Part shown: positions 15,201 to 29,107 of the stretch, piece after piece
How positions within the stretch are numbered: position 1 is the first letter of the stretch
How the letters are laid out: every line of letters starts with the position of its first letter
Origin: Oopsacas minuta
Taxonomy: Eukaryota; Animalia; Porifera
Length of the DNA: 64,000 nt
Direction of reading: 5' to 3'
Assembly (NCBI GenBank): GCA_024704765.1
Contig: JAKMXF010000024.1
Location: forward strand, 25,218-89,217
Notes under the pieces: model-generated
What the model saw: only the letters and a program-made list of their open reading frames with translations
Databases searched by the model: none
Told to the model about the DNA's origin: nothing
Made by a program: the position numbers and the translations under genes

Positions 15201-18200
15201 GCAAATATTGTGTACATTCTAAAGATTCGAATATTCAGCTTTATAGCCGCTAAAATTATGGTTCTAGTTATTATTATCCTCCCTTTCTCGATGAGATCTC
15301 ACGACAAATAGGTGAAAATCATAATAATAACATGTATAGCTATAGCATTCTATACACTAAGGCAGCGGTTTCCAACCTGGGGTCTATGTACCCCTTGGTG
15401 ATCCACGGACGATAGAAGGGGTCCACAGTCTATGGGAGGGGTTCCACGAGATATGTTAAAGTTGGTATAGGGGGTCCACGGCTGATAAAGATTGGGAACC
15501 GCTGCACTAGGGCAATAATCATCCGCTGAGATTTTATTCTAGAGCTATGTATGTACCAGGAAATAATTGAACTTGTAAACAATTGAATATCAGCTTTGTA
15601 ATTCTATTTTACACAATTCTATAATTGGAATGCTTTTTAGTTATTTCTTAATTATATTCATCCGTCACATCTTGAAATTACCTTATCAATTTCTTGTTGG
15701 CTACACACTTCTGCTGAAAACTAATCATATATTATTGCAGCATTATCTTATCAACTACAATACCAATATTGGTTGTAGGTATTAGCTGATTCAAGCTCTC
15801 CTACTCATCATGTTATTGATACCACAAAAATGAGATTAACCTTCAACAATAACATTCAATGTTTGCGAAACTCCTTATTAGGTTATGTCGTTCTGTACTT
15901 TACTACTCCTCAAGTATAATTTGTTTTAATGATATTGCATCCATAAACTTCCTTTCGATTGTACAATATTTTAGTTTTCGCAGGTTTTTAGGATGTTGAA
16001 TAAACTCTAATTATTTATGAATTATGTCATAATTAATATTTCACGTAAAATACTCTGAAATATGATGTAGTACATTTTAATGGTTATTGAAGCATTTGGC
16101 AATAATTTTCATTGGAATTTACATTTTTGTTGTTTTATTTCTTACAAAGAATTTATCATAGTAATCTTCCTCAAAGTTGATATAACCCTCAGCAAAAGCA
16201 AATGTGTCGAGTTTCAATTGTTTATTAATAATTGCGAAATTTGAGCTTAAACCGAAGTGAATTCTATGATTCGTCGTATAAATTGGCATACAGGTAGATC
16301 TGGTTTTACACCCATTTTTTCAACAATTACATTACACGAAGTTGTCTTTCTACTATAAATATTTTTACACAATTTATTATCTTTCAAAATATTCTACATT
16401 GAGAAGGTAGCTGACAAAAACACGAGGGACGATACCCGTATGATTTCTAATGGAATTACCATTTTATGTAAGAACTGTGACCATTCCTTATATAGTCATA
16501 GATTTTTACTGGCGCCTCCTGGACGGTAATTATATATATCAACAATATATTAATTACTCTAAATCATCACAAATTGAATCATTAATATTCCCATTACATC
16601 GATTACGCAAATACTAGAGTAGTAGGCACACAGGACAATATACCACCCTTTCTATAATGTAAGCACATTTTCAAGGTAATTCCGATAAAAGCACCAAGTA
16701 AGGGTAGTTAATATTATAAGGCCGAATAACCATAATTAGTTCGTGTGCCAGTAAGAGGCGTGTTTGATTCTTTTTTGAATAATTTTTAATAATCACATTT
16801 GATAATACATAGAATTACGTACGATGATTTTTTAAGGGATACTCTTTTGCCCAATAGCTATTTGAAATTCCCCAAATTCTTTCCAAGAGTCCAAATATTT
16901 TCCATTCTTTTGATTCTTACCGTTCCAAATTTTGATATTAATCTGACATAATGCGGTGAAATTTGATAATTTTTCACTATTCTGTAATTATTAATAATTA
17001 TATCTTACCTTGTCACTTGCTTATAATATGAATTAATATTAATATATTTACCATGTAAGTTCGAATTTATTGACCTTAGCTCACTATTCATATTCTAATT
17101 GGTTAAATGATTAATTATTAATCAATTCTGTTTCATAGAATTCCATTATCTACTTTCGCATTATTTCATGATATATTATAGATTTAATGAGAGACAATTT
17201 GATTCAATAATCACAGATTCTTCAGGCGATATTGAAGCTGAAGAAGTGTACGGTCCCATAGATGAAGAAGAAGAAGAGAGATTATACTTTGAATCTATAG
17301 CAAACAAAAAATCAAATGCTGATACAATATTTACTCCACCAAGATCAGTTAAACAGGTTAAACCTGATAATTCAGTTATTCTAATAGAAGATACTGTTGA
17401 GCTGTTATTAGCAGGTAGTATTGATAATAAGGAGCATGTTGAGGCGAGCTTCTCTCTTGGCATGGATGAATGGTTAGGTGATCTTGAAGTATTTGATTCT
17501 ATTGAGGAGCATAAGCAATTAATTGTAGACAAAGATAATAGTTCGAAAGTGAACATATCTCCTCCTGAAAATCCGACATTTTCGCTTGGTGAGTAATTTG
17601 TATGAAATTCCATATTATTGCAACTGGGAACTCAGTTAGTACGTACTCGGCTTATGACTTACTTTTCTCCAATACGGTTTTTCTATTTTAGTACTAATTG
17701 TATAGGAAGAATATTCGGATAAGACGTACTTGGTTTAGAACATATTACTAAATTTTGTTTCCTGAAGGGCTACGTCTTATCCGATTTCTACTATACCATA
17801 ATTGGATATATTAATTGTTATATTTAATATTAGTAATTATTGAAGGAAAATGTCAGGGTAATTTCACAATACGGCTAACCTCACTATATATTCATATCTG
17901 TATTGAGGAGTTAAGATAATTAGTCAAATGTTAAGCTAATCAGAATTTGGATTGTTGTCATTATACTATAATGATTATTCCTGATTTATATTGAATCATC
18001 ATTTATATGCAAATGTACATCTAATTTTATGTTAAACAATCATTCGAATGCTGACTCATTAGGAATGGATGACTGGTGGGAAGATATTGCTCCCAAAGAT
18101 CTTGATACTGATTTTCTAACTAACAACCAACCCACAAGCCCTCCTACTGAACCCTTTAGTAAACCTTCAACACTGTCCCTTTCAACAACAACAACAACTT

Positions 18201-19066
18201 CTACTCCTGTGCTCTCCACACCAAAAGAACTTACGCAACCTACACAATTATTGCCTACATCACCATCTCCAATATGTTTACCTAGAAAATCTATTCAGAT
18301 TGAATCATTTTCAAGTACATTTAATTCACCAATTTATTCAAACAAAACTACACACGCCGCTGTTATGACGTCATCTTTAAATGACAGTGATTCTCCTCTT
18401 ATAATATTCGCAGATAGTCGTGAGGTGTCTGGCTCTCAAATCCTCTCTTCTCTACGTATTAAACATAATATTATTATACAAGTATACTCGCTTAAACAAT
18501 GTAGTTATGTAGTTAGCTCGAGGATGGCAGTTGATCGACAAAACTTTTCAGATTTATCACAGCCAAATTCGACTCAGAAAATAATCGACAGAGCTCGTAG
18601 TATGTGTGAGTTATATGAGAGAGGTAGTATTATCATTGAAAAAGACCGTTTCAATGCAAAATTACATGGAGCTATAAAACCCTGTGTATTATCAAGGAAT
18701 CAGTTGTTCCTTTCGAATCTAGCTAGATTATGTAAATCTAGACTATCAGTTTTGTATAGTGGATCTGAACAGAATACTATTGACATTCTTGTTTCTTTGT
18801 CGAAAAAAGAAGCGAAGCGAGGTCATAAGATTATCGGATCTCTTACACAAATTGACACGTCCCTTTTCAAATTCCTATGTTGTATCCCTAGGATTAATCC
18901 ACCAGTTGCCTTAGGTTTGGCAACTTATCTACGAAATCTTGATCAACTATCTTCTATCACTCCAGAGGAATTGAAGAAGAATTGTCATGGAATTACAAAG
19001 GAACAAATTGACTCAATCCAAAAGATATTTGCACATCGTTTCAGATCATTTGCTCTTGTTCAGTAG
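3300..19066 (+). CDS. FANCM: Fanconi anemia group M helicase/translocase. Approximate exons 3300-3441, 3818-4095, 4746-5066, 5861-6097, 6300-6623, 7088-7517, 8784-9269, 9672-9930, 10290 (or 10380)-11624, 17182-17588, 18063-19066
   Basis: PTGLGKT, DEAH, LSATPG, YSHPKL, QRMGRTGR helicase motifs. FIDHEA...[17 protein letters not shown] resembles the FANCM central motif. ERCC4-like and HhH C-terminus ([10 protein letters not shown]...[12 protein letters not shown]). All GT-AG junctions checked by hand are phase-compatible. Confidence 0.9.
3509..3695. mobile_element. pogo/Tigger-like MITE in FANCM intron 1
   Basis: Starts CAGTCAATTCCAGTTATATCGCAGCTCAAGGGACCGCGA and has repeated CGATATAA subterminal motifs. 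A related copy lies at 36782-36949. Confidence 0.55.
7900..8600 (-). pseudogene. Possible decayed rhodopsin-class GPCR-like sequence in a FANCM intron
   Basis: Broken hydrophobic frames: [33 protein letters not shown], and [17 protein letters not shown] (resembles TM3 before the DRY motif). Many stops and frameshifts. Confidence 0.3.
12865..14994 (+). CDS. Intronless EGF-repeat receptor tyrosine kinase nested in FANCM intron 9
   Basis: First ATG at 12865 gives a signal peptide ([21 protein letters not shown]). EGF-like Cys repeats, a TM helix, and a kinase domain with [35 protein letters not shown]. Confidence 0.92.
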   Translation: MQSLFYLFLLVTVFNFSFVYGNKVNCFGFQTCRNGICIEGPECACDEGFYGDFCDYRNVDISESNKCENVPGATMLDCKNEGVCIAFGTMSFCACIKTEFTGPLCQYNRTCESTCLRDDINGRPYCPAGKTRLYESCQDNGLQSTTMFVSELTSELPEITNPAATTTTGTSVNVFNNFTRNNETLSEEVFIIILVSVNVVFLLIIFVISISLFCVICFVVRAMNRKNKKPGFPSRRFDPEARSTLPAPNAISTSIQAPSVPTNEYEAPYDCLPRVQAARPYEIPRQPMRVPISIQRNRFPDTYRVNNHTYSIHSNISGMYFQIQEFHDNNDEAIAPSYAVIVPSAKDRESKVNGCTGSSLRKKTPPPIAPKPTQSPMTYWEPGKDFPSLFDQMHRSRYKEIKPENLKLFNLVGKGEFGDVWKGTLETPIGEIPVAIKLLNESLGKQENISFLQEAAIIGQFNHVNVLKLIGVVTLSEPKLIISELMEIQLRDYLINLRKRASLPFGEISGIFLGFCRGIALGMSYLSQKGFIHRDLAARNILLDTQNECKIADFGMTRRLMDSDYYKMNDTAVIPLKWSAPESVFFKKFHSKSDVWSFAMVLFEIWSLGSKPWPFDKLNSVVNKLNQSILLQPPTGCPRDIYIIMVLCWHPEADKRPSFTELCRMFNDTNIVSLQPPPGNDKSTVLGEDLCYSEDLYEDLQFSYRKQTQ
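15363..15504. mobile_element. hAT (Charlie-like) MITE, 142 bp
   Basis: TIRs CAGCGGTTTCCAA / TTGGGAACCGCTG. 8-bp TSD CACTAAGG / CACTAGGG. Confidence 0.85.
17625..17794. mobile_element. Tigger-like MITE family member in FANCM intron 10
   Basis: Shares CGGATAAGACGTAC and TTTTGTTTCCTGAAG..TACGTCTTATCCGA..TCTACT motifs with copies at about 34779, 35563 and 37540. Confidence 0.55.
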
Positions 19067-19604
19067 AGAGATCTGTTGACCTCAATTATAAGATAATTCA
19101 TTAATGTGAATATGTTTTCTGTAGTTTATTTTGCGTCATGTCTGCATGATTATCAAGCTTTGAATAGTAAATGAAATTACACAACTGGCCGATCTTGATT
19201 TCTTCCACAGAATTTGCTCATGTTATTTCAATATGTTCCGAGTTGCATATAGAATTTCGTATTCTGAATAGTTTGGGAAAACAGTTAGTTTTGACACTCA
19301 AGTTTATGAAAGTTTATTAGACTATAACTTTGTCTATACAGTGAGCTACAATCATACATATCCAGTTGAACCTTCATAAACCTGCACTCGTTTGGACATG
19401 AAATTTTGTCGGTTTAGCAAATGGTCGGATTGTGCAGGTGAATATGTATTTTCGCAAGGCCATTCAGATCAGAAATACTGTCGGTTTATACAGGTTCCAC
19501 CCAATGTATATATACATTTGTATAAATTTTTTGTTTACTAATATACCGGTAACTAGTTTAACTAGCCAAAAGTTCCCTACCATTATAATTTTAGTAGAAT
19601 TAAC

Positions 19605-22600
19605 ATGTGTGATGCAAGAGTAGTCCCTAATATTATAACACATGTAGAGATAGACAAGGTATCTCTCTCCTTCTACTCTGATGAAGAAATCAAGAAACTC
19701 AGTGTACAGAAGATATACAATCCTGTAATATTTGATTCTCTGCTCTACCCATTACCAGGAGGAGCACATGATTCAGCATTAGGTCCAATGGACAATAACG
19801 AATCATGTGTAACATGTGGACTACGTGCTTCCTTCTGTCCAGGACATTTCGGACATATTCAACTACCTTTGATAGTGTATAACCCAGTCATGTTCCATCT
19901 CTTGTATAAATTATTGAAAAAGAGTTGTTTCGTCTGTCACCGTTTCCTATTCAAATCTCCACTTGATGTGATTATGCTTGAAGGCAAGTTGAGGCTTGCT
20001 TCTGCAGGTTTTGTACCTGAAGCTATACAGTTAGAAGAAATAATTTTAAGCGAGGAAATGAAGGAATCTAATCCTGATAATATCCAGGAAGCAATTGATC
20101 TTATTATAGCAGATAAGTTAGGAGATACTGAGGAAATAGATGAGAGAGAAACACGTCACGTAAAACAGTACAAGAATACTCTGATTAACGATCTGTTACG
20201 CGCCTCGGGGGCTGCTACAACCTGTAAAAACTGTGAAGCACCTGTTCGTGTTGTGAGACAAGATTTCTGTTCTAAATTCTCACTAATGCCTTTGTCTGGT
20301 AGAAAAGTTAAGAGATATTTGGATGCCTGGGATAAAGTCCATACTAATTCGTTAGATAATTCTGATATGACAGATCAAGAGGAAGAAGAGCTGTTAATTT
20401 CACGAAAAGAAATCGATATGAAATGGTGCACTACGAATGTCCTCATTACTCCATTGGAGGTGAGAGAACATATGCAACAGTTGTGGCAATCGGAGACTAG
20501 TTTAATAAACGCGCTTTTTAACGGTTATTCTAAGTCAAATGCAGGTCAAAAATTTGACCATAGTATTTTCTTCCTGTCAATATTACCAGTTACTCCAAGT
20601 AATTGTAGACCCATGGCTCATTTTAACGGACAGTCATACGAGGGCCCACAAACTGCCAATATTAAGAACATTCTCATTCGTGTTACAGAGATGCAAAAAG
20701 CAATGAAAGACTTGAAAGAGAAAGAAGATAAAACAACCAAAGATTACGAGCAATTTCAATATATTTGGGGACAATTACAGAATTCTGTGAATGGATTCTT
20801 CGACTCAGATTTGAATTATATAAGAACACAGAAAATATCTACAGGAATTCGTCAATTATTAGAACATAAACAGGGATTATTCAGACAGCACATGATGGGG
20901 AAACGAGTTGACTACTCAGCTCGATCTGTTATATCCCCAGACTTGAATATAGACGTTGACGAAATAGGAATTCCAATGGTATTTGCTACAAACTTGACTT
21001 TTCCTGAACCTGTGACGCCTTGGAATGTGAAACATCTGAGACAGGCTATTGTAAACGGGCCTCTTGTACATCCAGGTGCAACACATGTTGAAGATTCTGA
21101 CGGAACACGTATCCTCCTAAACGCGAAAAATAAATCACAACGTGAAGCAATCGCTAGACAACTTTTAACACCATCCACACTCGGTAAGGCACAAGTCTCT
21201 AAGAAAGTACACAGACATTTACATAACGGAGATATCCTATTAGTAAATCGGCAACCTACTCTACATAGACCTTCTATTATGGCTCATAAAGCACGTGTAT
21301 TATCCGATGAGAAGACATTACGACTACACTATGCTAACTGTAAGGCTTATAATGCAGATTTTGATGGTGATGAAATGAATATTCATTTACCACAGAACCA
21401 AATCGCTCGTTCTGAAGCTATCAATCTACTTTCTACACCACATCAATATCTAACACCAAAGGATGGGTCACCTTTAAGCGGACTGATACAGGATCATGTT
21501 ATTGGGGGTGTGTTGCTAACCATTAGAGGTAGAATGTTGGATGTACAATTATACCAGCAATTAGTCTACTCTGCACTACCTGAATTCAATCATAGAATTA
21601 TTCTAATCCCTCCCTGCCAGATTAAACCTAAAAAGAGATGGTCAGGGAAACAAGTCATATCCACTATCCTGATGAATTTACTACCAAAAAGTGAAGAATT
21701 GATATCATTACAGGGTAAGACTAAAACAGGAAGTATGCTATGGAGTCAAGAACGGCACATGAGTGAAAATGAGGTGATTATTCAGAATGGAGAGCTTCTA
21801 TGTGGAGTTCTGGATAAGAGCCAATTTGGTTCTTCTCAGTTTGGTCTTGTACATGGATGTCATGAGTTGTATGGGTCTGTTGTTTCTAGCAAGCTTTTGT
21901 CAGCTTTCGCGCGGTTATTCACAGTATTTCTACAGTACCATGGATTTACTATGGGCATACAAGATCTCCTATTGACTGAGGAAGGTGAGAAACTTCGCGA
22001 TTCTATCCTGGCTAAATCAGAAACAGCTGGAATAACCGCGGCTAGAGAATTATTTTCTGCAGAAAATGACGATGAAGCGACTCTACGCGAAAAGTATAAA
22101 CAGCTCTATCTAACTGGAGGCCCTTCTGCGAAAGTTCGAGCTGATATGGCATTCAAAAAGCAAGCCAATATAATCAACAACGAACTGAACACAAAACTAA
22201 ACACAATGTATCTGAAAGCCTTCCCACATAATGCATTACATTTAATGGTAGACGCTGGAGCTAAAGGATCAGCTGTTAATAGACTACAGATATCGGCTTT
22301 ACTCGGTCAGATAGAGTTAGAGGGTGCTAGACCTCCTCTCATGACGTCAGGACGCTCCTTACCCTGCTCAGAACCATACGACCTAAATTTGAAAGCAGGC
22401 GGTTTTGTGAGCGGCCGATTTTTAACTGGTATATCTCCACGCGAGTACTTCTTTCATTGCATGGCAGGTCGCGAAGGCCTAATTGATACAGCTGTAAAGA
22501 CAAGTCGTAGTGGATACTTACAGCGCTGTTTAGTGAAACATTTGGAGGGATTAAAGGTTAATTACGATCTGACTGTGAGAGATAGCGATGGTTCTGTGAT

Positions 22601-25600
22601 ACAATTCTTGTATGGAGAAGATGGTATCAATCCTGAATACACGGCCTATTTAAATCCAGAACAGTTTAGATTTGTTACAAAAAATATAACTGCGATGAAT
22701 CGTAGGTTATTATCAGAATCAGCTGTTCCGCAACTTAAGCCAGGTTTGGCAAGGGAATATATTGACAAGATTAATGCGAAAGTTAGCAAGCGCGCTCGTA
22801 AGCTAAATAGCACTAATTCTGAGTATCTTTTGTGTAAAAGCAGTCAAGCTAATCCATTTCTAACCTTCTACAGTCAGTATAGTAAAGGATTTCGTATTGA
22901 CTCTAGTCAAGATATAGAAATGCCAGAGTTAAACTATAGAAAGCTATGGCAATTAGCTGCAGTAGATCACTGGTATCATTTGACTGAAGATGAGATGGAT
23001 AGATATTACAAATATTCTCAAACTTGTTACGATACTGTGCAGAGTGTTTATCAACCTGATGTCCATATAGGTAAGTGTATTTATAGTCTGTTGGTTATTT
23101 TGTATGAGAAATTTTATAGCAGGTACGTATAAATTATCTGTTCAATAGTCCATTCAGCCGAGTGTAAGCCCAGTAGGAATATTAAGGGCTGAGAGTGAAG
23201 TTATAATTCATTAACTCCTACAAACGTCAAAACGAAGCAGCAGTTTTGAGTTAGAAATAGTCAGCTAAATATGATTCTAGATATTTATTTGTTGATTTAT
23301 TTGTTGAAATTTCGTTACAGTGAGTGAAAATACTGACAATTTCTTTCTTTGGTATTTGTATATAAACTGTAACTTTTTCCCAATATCGATTGGTGATAAG
23401 CAAATATGGGCGAATGCGAAGTATAATATTGATTTATACTGCATTACTCTAATTATTTAAAGGTAGCATATCTGAGAAAATGCAGTGTTTGATTTCAAAC
23501 TATCTCTCCACTGAATTCGATACAACAGCTGACATAACTCCAGAAGAATTCCGCACATGTATGGAATTGAAGTATCTTAACTCTCTATGTCAGCCTGGAG
23601 ATCCTGTGGGGCTGTTAGCAGCTCAGTCAATCGGGGAACCTTCTACACAGATGACACTAAATACATTTCATTTCGCAGGGCGTGGTGAAATGAACGTAAC
23701 CCTAGGTATACCACGTTTGAGGGAAATTATTATGACTGCTTCTGGTAAGATAAGCACACCCTGTATTGAGATCCCGCTGTTGAAAGGACTTGATAAGAAT
23801 ATAGCGCAAGAAGTAGAGAGGTCTCTCAAGAAGATTACAGTTGAAGAAGTGCTAGAGAAGTTTGAAGTGTTTGATAGTATCGTTTCTGATGCCTCACACT
23901 CAAGGTATGTGATAAAGATACATCAACCTTTATATAATACTAATTTTCCCAGAATTACTAGTACGATTAATTTCTCTAATAACCTATAGATAACCTCTAT
24001 AAGAGGAGATTCGTGACCGCGAATATTCTGATACCCCCATTCTCCACTTTTAATTTTAACTGTTCTGTGAATGTCCTTCATCAATTTATTCGAGTAATTT
24101 GAATTTGACCCAAAAGTTATGCTAGAACTTCACTTCAACCGTAATCAGGACATAGAGGTAACCGGGAATGTATATTCAAATTTTGATATTATTAAACTCA
24201 GGGATCCCGAAATTTTGGTGGCTGTTTGGTGTAATTTGTGAGGTCAGAGGGCTTAGCGCCCTCCTAAACAAAACATAAGAAACTAACCCCGTGTCGGCTG
24301 GACACTTTTATGAACATAGGAATGATATGGAATACTAATTTATTCGCAAATAATCTCTGGGTAGGTAAGATTACAGAGTTAGAGTAAGTATCTAGTATAC
24401 ATTAGTTTACTGGGGAAGCCTAAATATACAAAACATGAGGGCTAACCTATAGTTTAATCCCTCAGGTAAATATAAAGTAAAGTTCACTGGTGAATCAGCT
24501 CATCTGATATCTCACATTTTCATCCTGCATATTTCCTGGATAATCTTCTGCCAGAAGGTCCGGATTGTTGTTATTATCATTTCTCATTGCTCCATACTCT
24601 GGAGTATCTGTTTCTTTGACTTCATCTAGATTTCGTAATTCATCCACGCAATTATAGAATGATTCATTATTGTCATTTCTGTAGAAATTAGCCCCTTGTG
24701 TTTGTTCGGCCTTTAGGAGTTTTAGCATTTTGCTATCCTTCCTAACAAAGTAAATGAAAATAATAATAATCACAAATATTAGAATAACATTGGCAACCAA
24801 CGAAATACCCATAAGAATAGCTGTTGGTATTATCCATTGAGATTCAGTTTGTATTGGAATACATGGAGATGTTTGATTTAGTTGAAGATTTCCTTGTGAA
24901 TTGACGTTTGGACAAGAATAGTTAGAGATTGAAAGATTGAATCCGCCTTTACAAAGATAATTACTCTCCAAGAGATTAATGCAGCTTTCACCCATCAATT
25001 CGCATTCTACACCTTCCTCGCAATGAGTTTCGTTGTGCAGTTCGTGTCCATTTTGGCAATAACACTGATACGAACCAATCGTATTTCTACACCCAAACTC
25101 ACAGCCTCCATTCCATTCCTGACACTCATTAATATCATCACAATCATATCCATTACTAGCTAGTTCGTATCCTACGTCACACACACAATAGTACGAACCA
25201 TCTGTGTTCTCACAGGCCTGGGTACAATTGGTTACCTCTTCACACTCGTTGATATCTCCACATTGAATTATGGCATTCAATTCATATCCTATGGGACAAT
25301 CACAGAAATAGCTGTCTTCTGTATTCTGGCATATTTGATTAATTGGACAAGTATTAGACTTGTCGAAGCACTGAAGTGATTCAGATTGAGAGCAATTTAC
25401 ATACAGCTGGGGATTAGTAATATCCTCATGGAATACGTTATATGGTTCAAAACATTCTCCATAGTAAATACCTATGCCAAATTGAGATACACGTGACACC
25501 CACTCTAAATTACAGTCACATGTAAGTGGATTGTCTACATATAGATTAATTAGTGAGTTCATTTGTTGGAAAATAATCGAGTCGAGTGTTTGATAATCAT

Positions 25601-28600
25601 TATACTGTATGTGTAGCTCTTCAACAGATTTTGTTTGTAAGAACGCTGCAGTAGGAAATCCTCGATTCTCAGACAAACTCAAATAGGTCAAAGCAATTAG
25701 ACCAACAAAAACGTTCCTCGAAGCAGACCTAATTTTATTATTTGCTAGAGAGAGTTGTAGCATATTTGGCATTTCTGTGAAGACGCCATCTTCAATGAAT
25801 CTTATTTTGTTCGAGCCCAAGTTTAAATAAGTCAACATTACCAAGTTTCTAAATGCATCTTTAGTTATACCATTGAAATACGAGGAGACAAGGTCTATAA
25901 ACTTCAAGTTTGATAATCCACTGACAATTGTGCTATCGAATGTTTGTGAGTTTGGACCCGTTATCCTAGCGGAAAGATAAGTCAGATAATGAAGATTTGT
26001 GAACGATGGTGCCGTTTTTGATTCAAGATAACTAATGTATATACTCTGGAGGCCTGTATAGTTATTAAAGAAGTTATACGACTCAAGTTCAACACGATAG
26101 CTACAATATATCCTAGTTAAGCCGGTATTTTGACTAGATGTAGTTAAACGCATGTTCTCTGAATCTCTGCTATTGTACAAGTACAGCAGTTGTATATTAT
26201 AAGGTAGATCTAGGTCTATAGTAAATTCTCCGTATGTCGTCGAGTAGTAGTTTTTATATATATACATAGTTCTAAGTGTAGATCTCTGGCTGCCGCAACT
26301 ATACACCAGTGCTTTCATCAATTGAGTGTCATTATTGGAGATGTAACACCTCATATAGGAATAATAATCATTACAATATCCTGCTCCATTTCCGCAACTC
26401 GAATCGACAACCACAACATAATAATACATACATATTACCAAACCTAGCAACAAGCATATATTCCCGATATTCTTCATGTCAAAATAAAATTCAATTACCT
26501 TTTGTTCAGCAAATTGATAGCAATGAGTTGATGAAATAATTGTAATACGTATTCTTATATGATAAAAATCTGTTTTTATTCATTTCACGATAAACGTAGT
26601 GTGGACTGATACTGATATCTTGTTGTAGTCAACTTGCGTGGGGGCGAATGTAGGTTGATAATTTGTAGTACAATTTATTATCAAAAAATTCATTATCACT
26701 TTATTGATGATTTAATCACAACCGATATCACATATTTTTAGTGTAACTCTTGTTGGGAGATGACCTCGAGCTGCACTCCCAGTCTATTGGCTACATAACT
26801 AGAAATTTTTTAATTTAACACAATATTATAATTCAAGAAAAGTTATAGAATTCCTCACTTTAAGAGGCTAATGTCAAGGATGTATATATTGTTAATCTTA
26901 TCAGTAGACCCTTGCTAATCCGAACAGGGCCAACCTTTGGCAGCCTTTTCAACGTATTTCGCTAATCCTAACGATTTATTTTACATTGCGACAGTGCTGT
27001 TCGGAATTAGCGATGGTGTACTGTATCGCCACTCCCCATAACTGAAATATATATTATTAGAATGATGGATAATCAATGATTCTAATTTTGTAGGTTCCGC
27101 AAGGTAAAACTCAAACTCTCTCTTCTTCCTAAAAAGTATTTGAAATCTACATTCGGATTAACGCCCAAACAGATTCTCTCTTACGTAGAAACTAAGTTTA
27201 TTCGTATATTACTAACTACCATAACTAGAATGGTTAAAAATCAGCATGATACCCTCTCGAAAGTTAAAGTTGATAAGATTATTGATGAGAACAAGGAGCA
27301 CACTCTCAAGGGAGGAGAAGATGATGAGGATGAGGATGGTACCAGAAATAAAAGTGAGTATTTATATAAACAGAAGTAGGTTGATATATTTTAATACGTG
27401 TATTGCGATATTTGTCAGAAAACTGGTATTCATTGAGGTTTATGGAAGACATCACGTTTTGAGGCCGTTTCAAAATTGTAATCGAGGTTTCTTATTTATT
27501 CGTCGATCTAATGGATCTTTCCCATGGTAGTCAATCATAGCTGTTAGGGAAACACGAAATTTATACATCTAAATGAGCATACTTTCCTTGAATAATAGCA
27601 CGTCCCTTTTACTTTCATAAGTCGCTTCACTTTTCAAAGAAAATTAATTTGGATGTGGGCTATAAGTACAACGGATATATGAACATGCCGGATCTAAGCA
27701 CCATCCTCTGGAAAACGGTTCTCATATACTCTTGCATATTTATTTTGCCGATTTTAGGAATATATAAGCTACTCCTAAGAAGGTTCTTAATTTCTTATAA
27801 CCGGCATCTTCTGTATTACTTTCTATATTATCATATGTTATATATGTATTATTCGTTTAGATGAAAAGCTTCACGACAACATCCTAGAACAATTAGACTC
27901 AACAGATTCAGGAGGTGAGCTAGAAGCAATTGATACAGAAGCTGGTAAGAAGACTGGAGAACAACGTCAGTATGTAAAGTATGATGACGACGATGATGAT
28001 GATGATGATAATGATGTAGCTGATGAGAATGATAGTCAGAGTAGAAGTGATGGAGAAAATGAGCAGGATAAGAAACAAAATGGTAATTTTCTGATCTTGA
28101 AAGAAACATTAATTTACAAAATGGCACAGCACATACGTAGTATATTATTAATTAATAGGAAAACACTAAATACCATGAACAATGAAATGTGTCCTGTCAA
28201 GCCAAAACCAATGTGTTAGGAGTATACTTATACTTCATTGCATTGGTGCAACTAGGCTCATGCGTCTGGGTGGGCAGTGGGCACTCAAATTCCAGGTAGG
28301 CACGTGCCCACCCATAATGACCCTAGTTGCGCCTATTTTCATTGTATTACTTAAGTAGACGATGAAAATGCAGCAACAATGGACATGACAGAGCATTTAG
28401 AAGACAACATATTAACCTCCCCTACACAACAAGAACAAACTACTTCTACACAAACTGAGCGTGCTAAGAAGGTTCTTGGAACCTTCCCACAGGTTAAACA
28501 GTACACATATGATCAAGAGAAATACAGATGGTGTGAGATTACATTCTCACTGTCTCTATCCACCTGTTTCATAAGAATAGCTCCCGTGCTTACTAACTTA

Positions 28601-29107
28601 GTAACACGCTGTGTTGTACGTCAAGCTGATGGAATTAAACGTGCTTTTATTAAGGAAGAAAACGGAAAAATATCCATTACAACGGATGGAGCTAATATTA
28701 AAGAGCTATGGCAATACCATGATAAACTGGATATGAATAGATTGTATACAAACGATATTATGCTGATAGCTAATACTTATGGTATAGAAGCAGCTACCAA
28801 GGCAATTTCTAGAGAATTAAGCTCTATATTCAAAATGTATGGGATTAATATTGATCCACGTCATCTCAGTTTAATTGCTGATTATCAGACTGTAGACGGA
28901 CGTTTCCGTGGTTGCAATAGGATTTCAATGGAATGCAATACGTCACCATTCCAACAGATGTCTTTTGAAACTCCGATGAAGTTTCTGAAAGATTCTGCTA
29001 TAGGCCGTATGACTGAGTTTATGGACTCTCCATCAGCTAATATCATGTCTGGACAGTTGGTAAAATCAGGAACAGGTTGTTTCGACCTTATTCAGAAATT
29101 GTTTTAG
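19605..29107 (+). CDS. POLR1A: RNA polymerase I largest subunit. Exons 19605-23070, 23463-23904, 27094-27353, 27861-28082, 28359-29107
   Basis: CVTC...CPGHFGHI zinc site, [16 protein letters not shown], catalytic [62 protein letters not shown] (Pol I type), [12 protein letters not shown]. Splice phases checked. Confidence 0.95.
24495..26477 (-). CDS. Intronless type I membrane protein (signal peptide, LRRs, LRRCT, calcium-binding EGF repeats, TM, Tyr-containing tail), nested antisense in POLR1A intron 2
   Basis: LxxLxLxxNxI repeats, [11 protein letters not shown] cap, DINEC-type EGF repeats, hydrophobic TM segment. Confidence 0.9.
   Translation of the reverse strand: MKNIGNICLLLGLVICMYYYVVVVDSSCGNGAGYCNDYYSYMRCYISNNDTQLMKALVYSCGSQRSTLRTMYIYKNYYSTTYGEFTIDLDLPYNIQLLYLYNSRDSENMRLTTSSQNTGLTRIYCSYRVELESYNFFNNYTGLQSIYISYLESKTAPSFTNLHYLTYLSARITGPNSQTFDSTIVSGLSNLKFIDLVSSYFNGITKDAFRNLVMLTYLNLGSNKIRFIEDGVFTEMPNMLQLSLANNKIRSASRNVFVGLIALTYLSLSENRGFPTAAFLQTKSVEELHIQYNDYQTLDSIIFQQMNSLINLYVDNPLTCDCNLEWVSRVSQFGIGIYYGECFEPYNVFHEDITNPQLYVNCSQSESLQCFDKSNTCPINQICQNTEDSYFCDCPIGYELNAIIQCGDINECEEVTNCTQACENTDGSYYCVCDVGYELASNGYDCDDINECQEWNGGCEFGCRNTIGSYQCYCQNGHELHNETHCEEGVECELMGESCINLLESNYLCKGGFNLSISNYSCPNVNSQGNLQLNQTSPCIPIQTESQWIIPTAILMGISLVANVILIFVIIIIFIYFVRKDSKMLKLLKAEQTQGANFYRNDNNESFYNCVDELRNLDEVKETDTPEYGAMRNDNNNNPDLLAEDYPGNMQDENVRYQMS

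Noticed and set aside
16380-16800. Possible decayed membrane-protein gene in the large FANCM intron
   Set aside because: Only short hydrophobic fragments with no recognisable motif, so it cannot be supported.
17168-19066. Separate ERCC4-domain gene downstream of the RTK
   Set aside because: Splice phases at 11624/17182 and 17588/18063 fit, and the domain order matches FANCM. It is treated as the FANCM 3' end pending cDNA.
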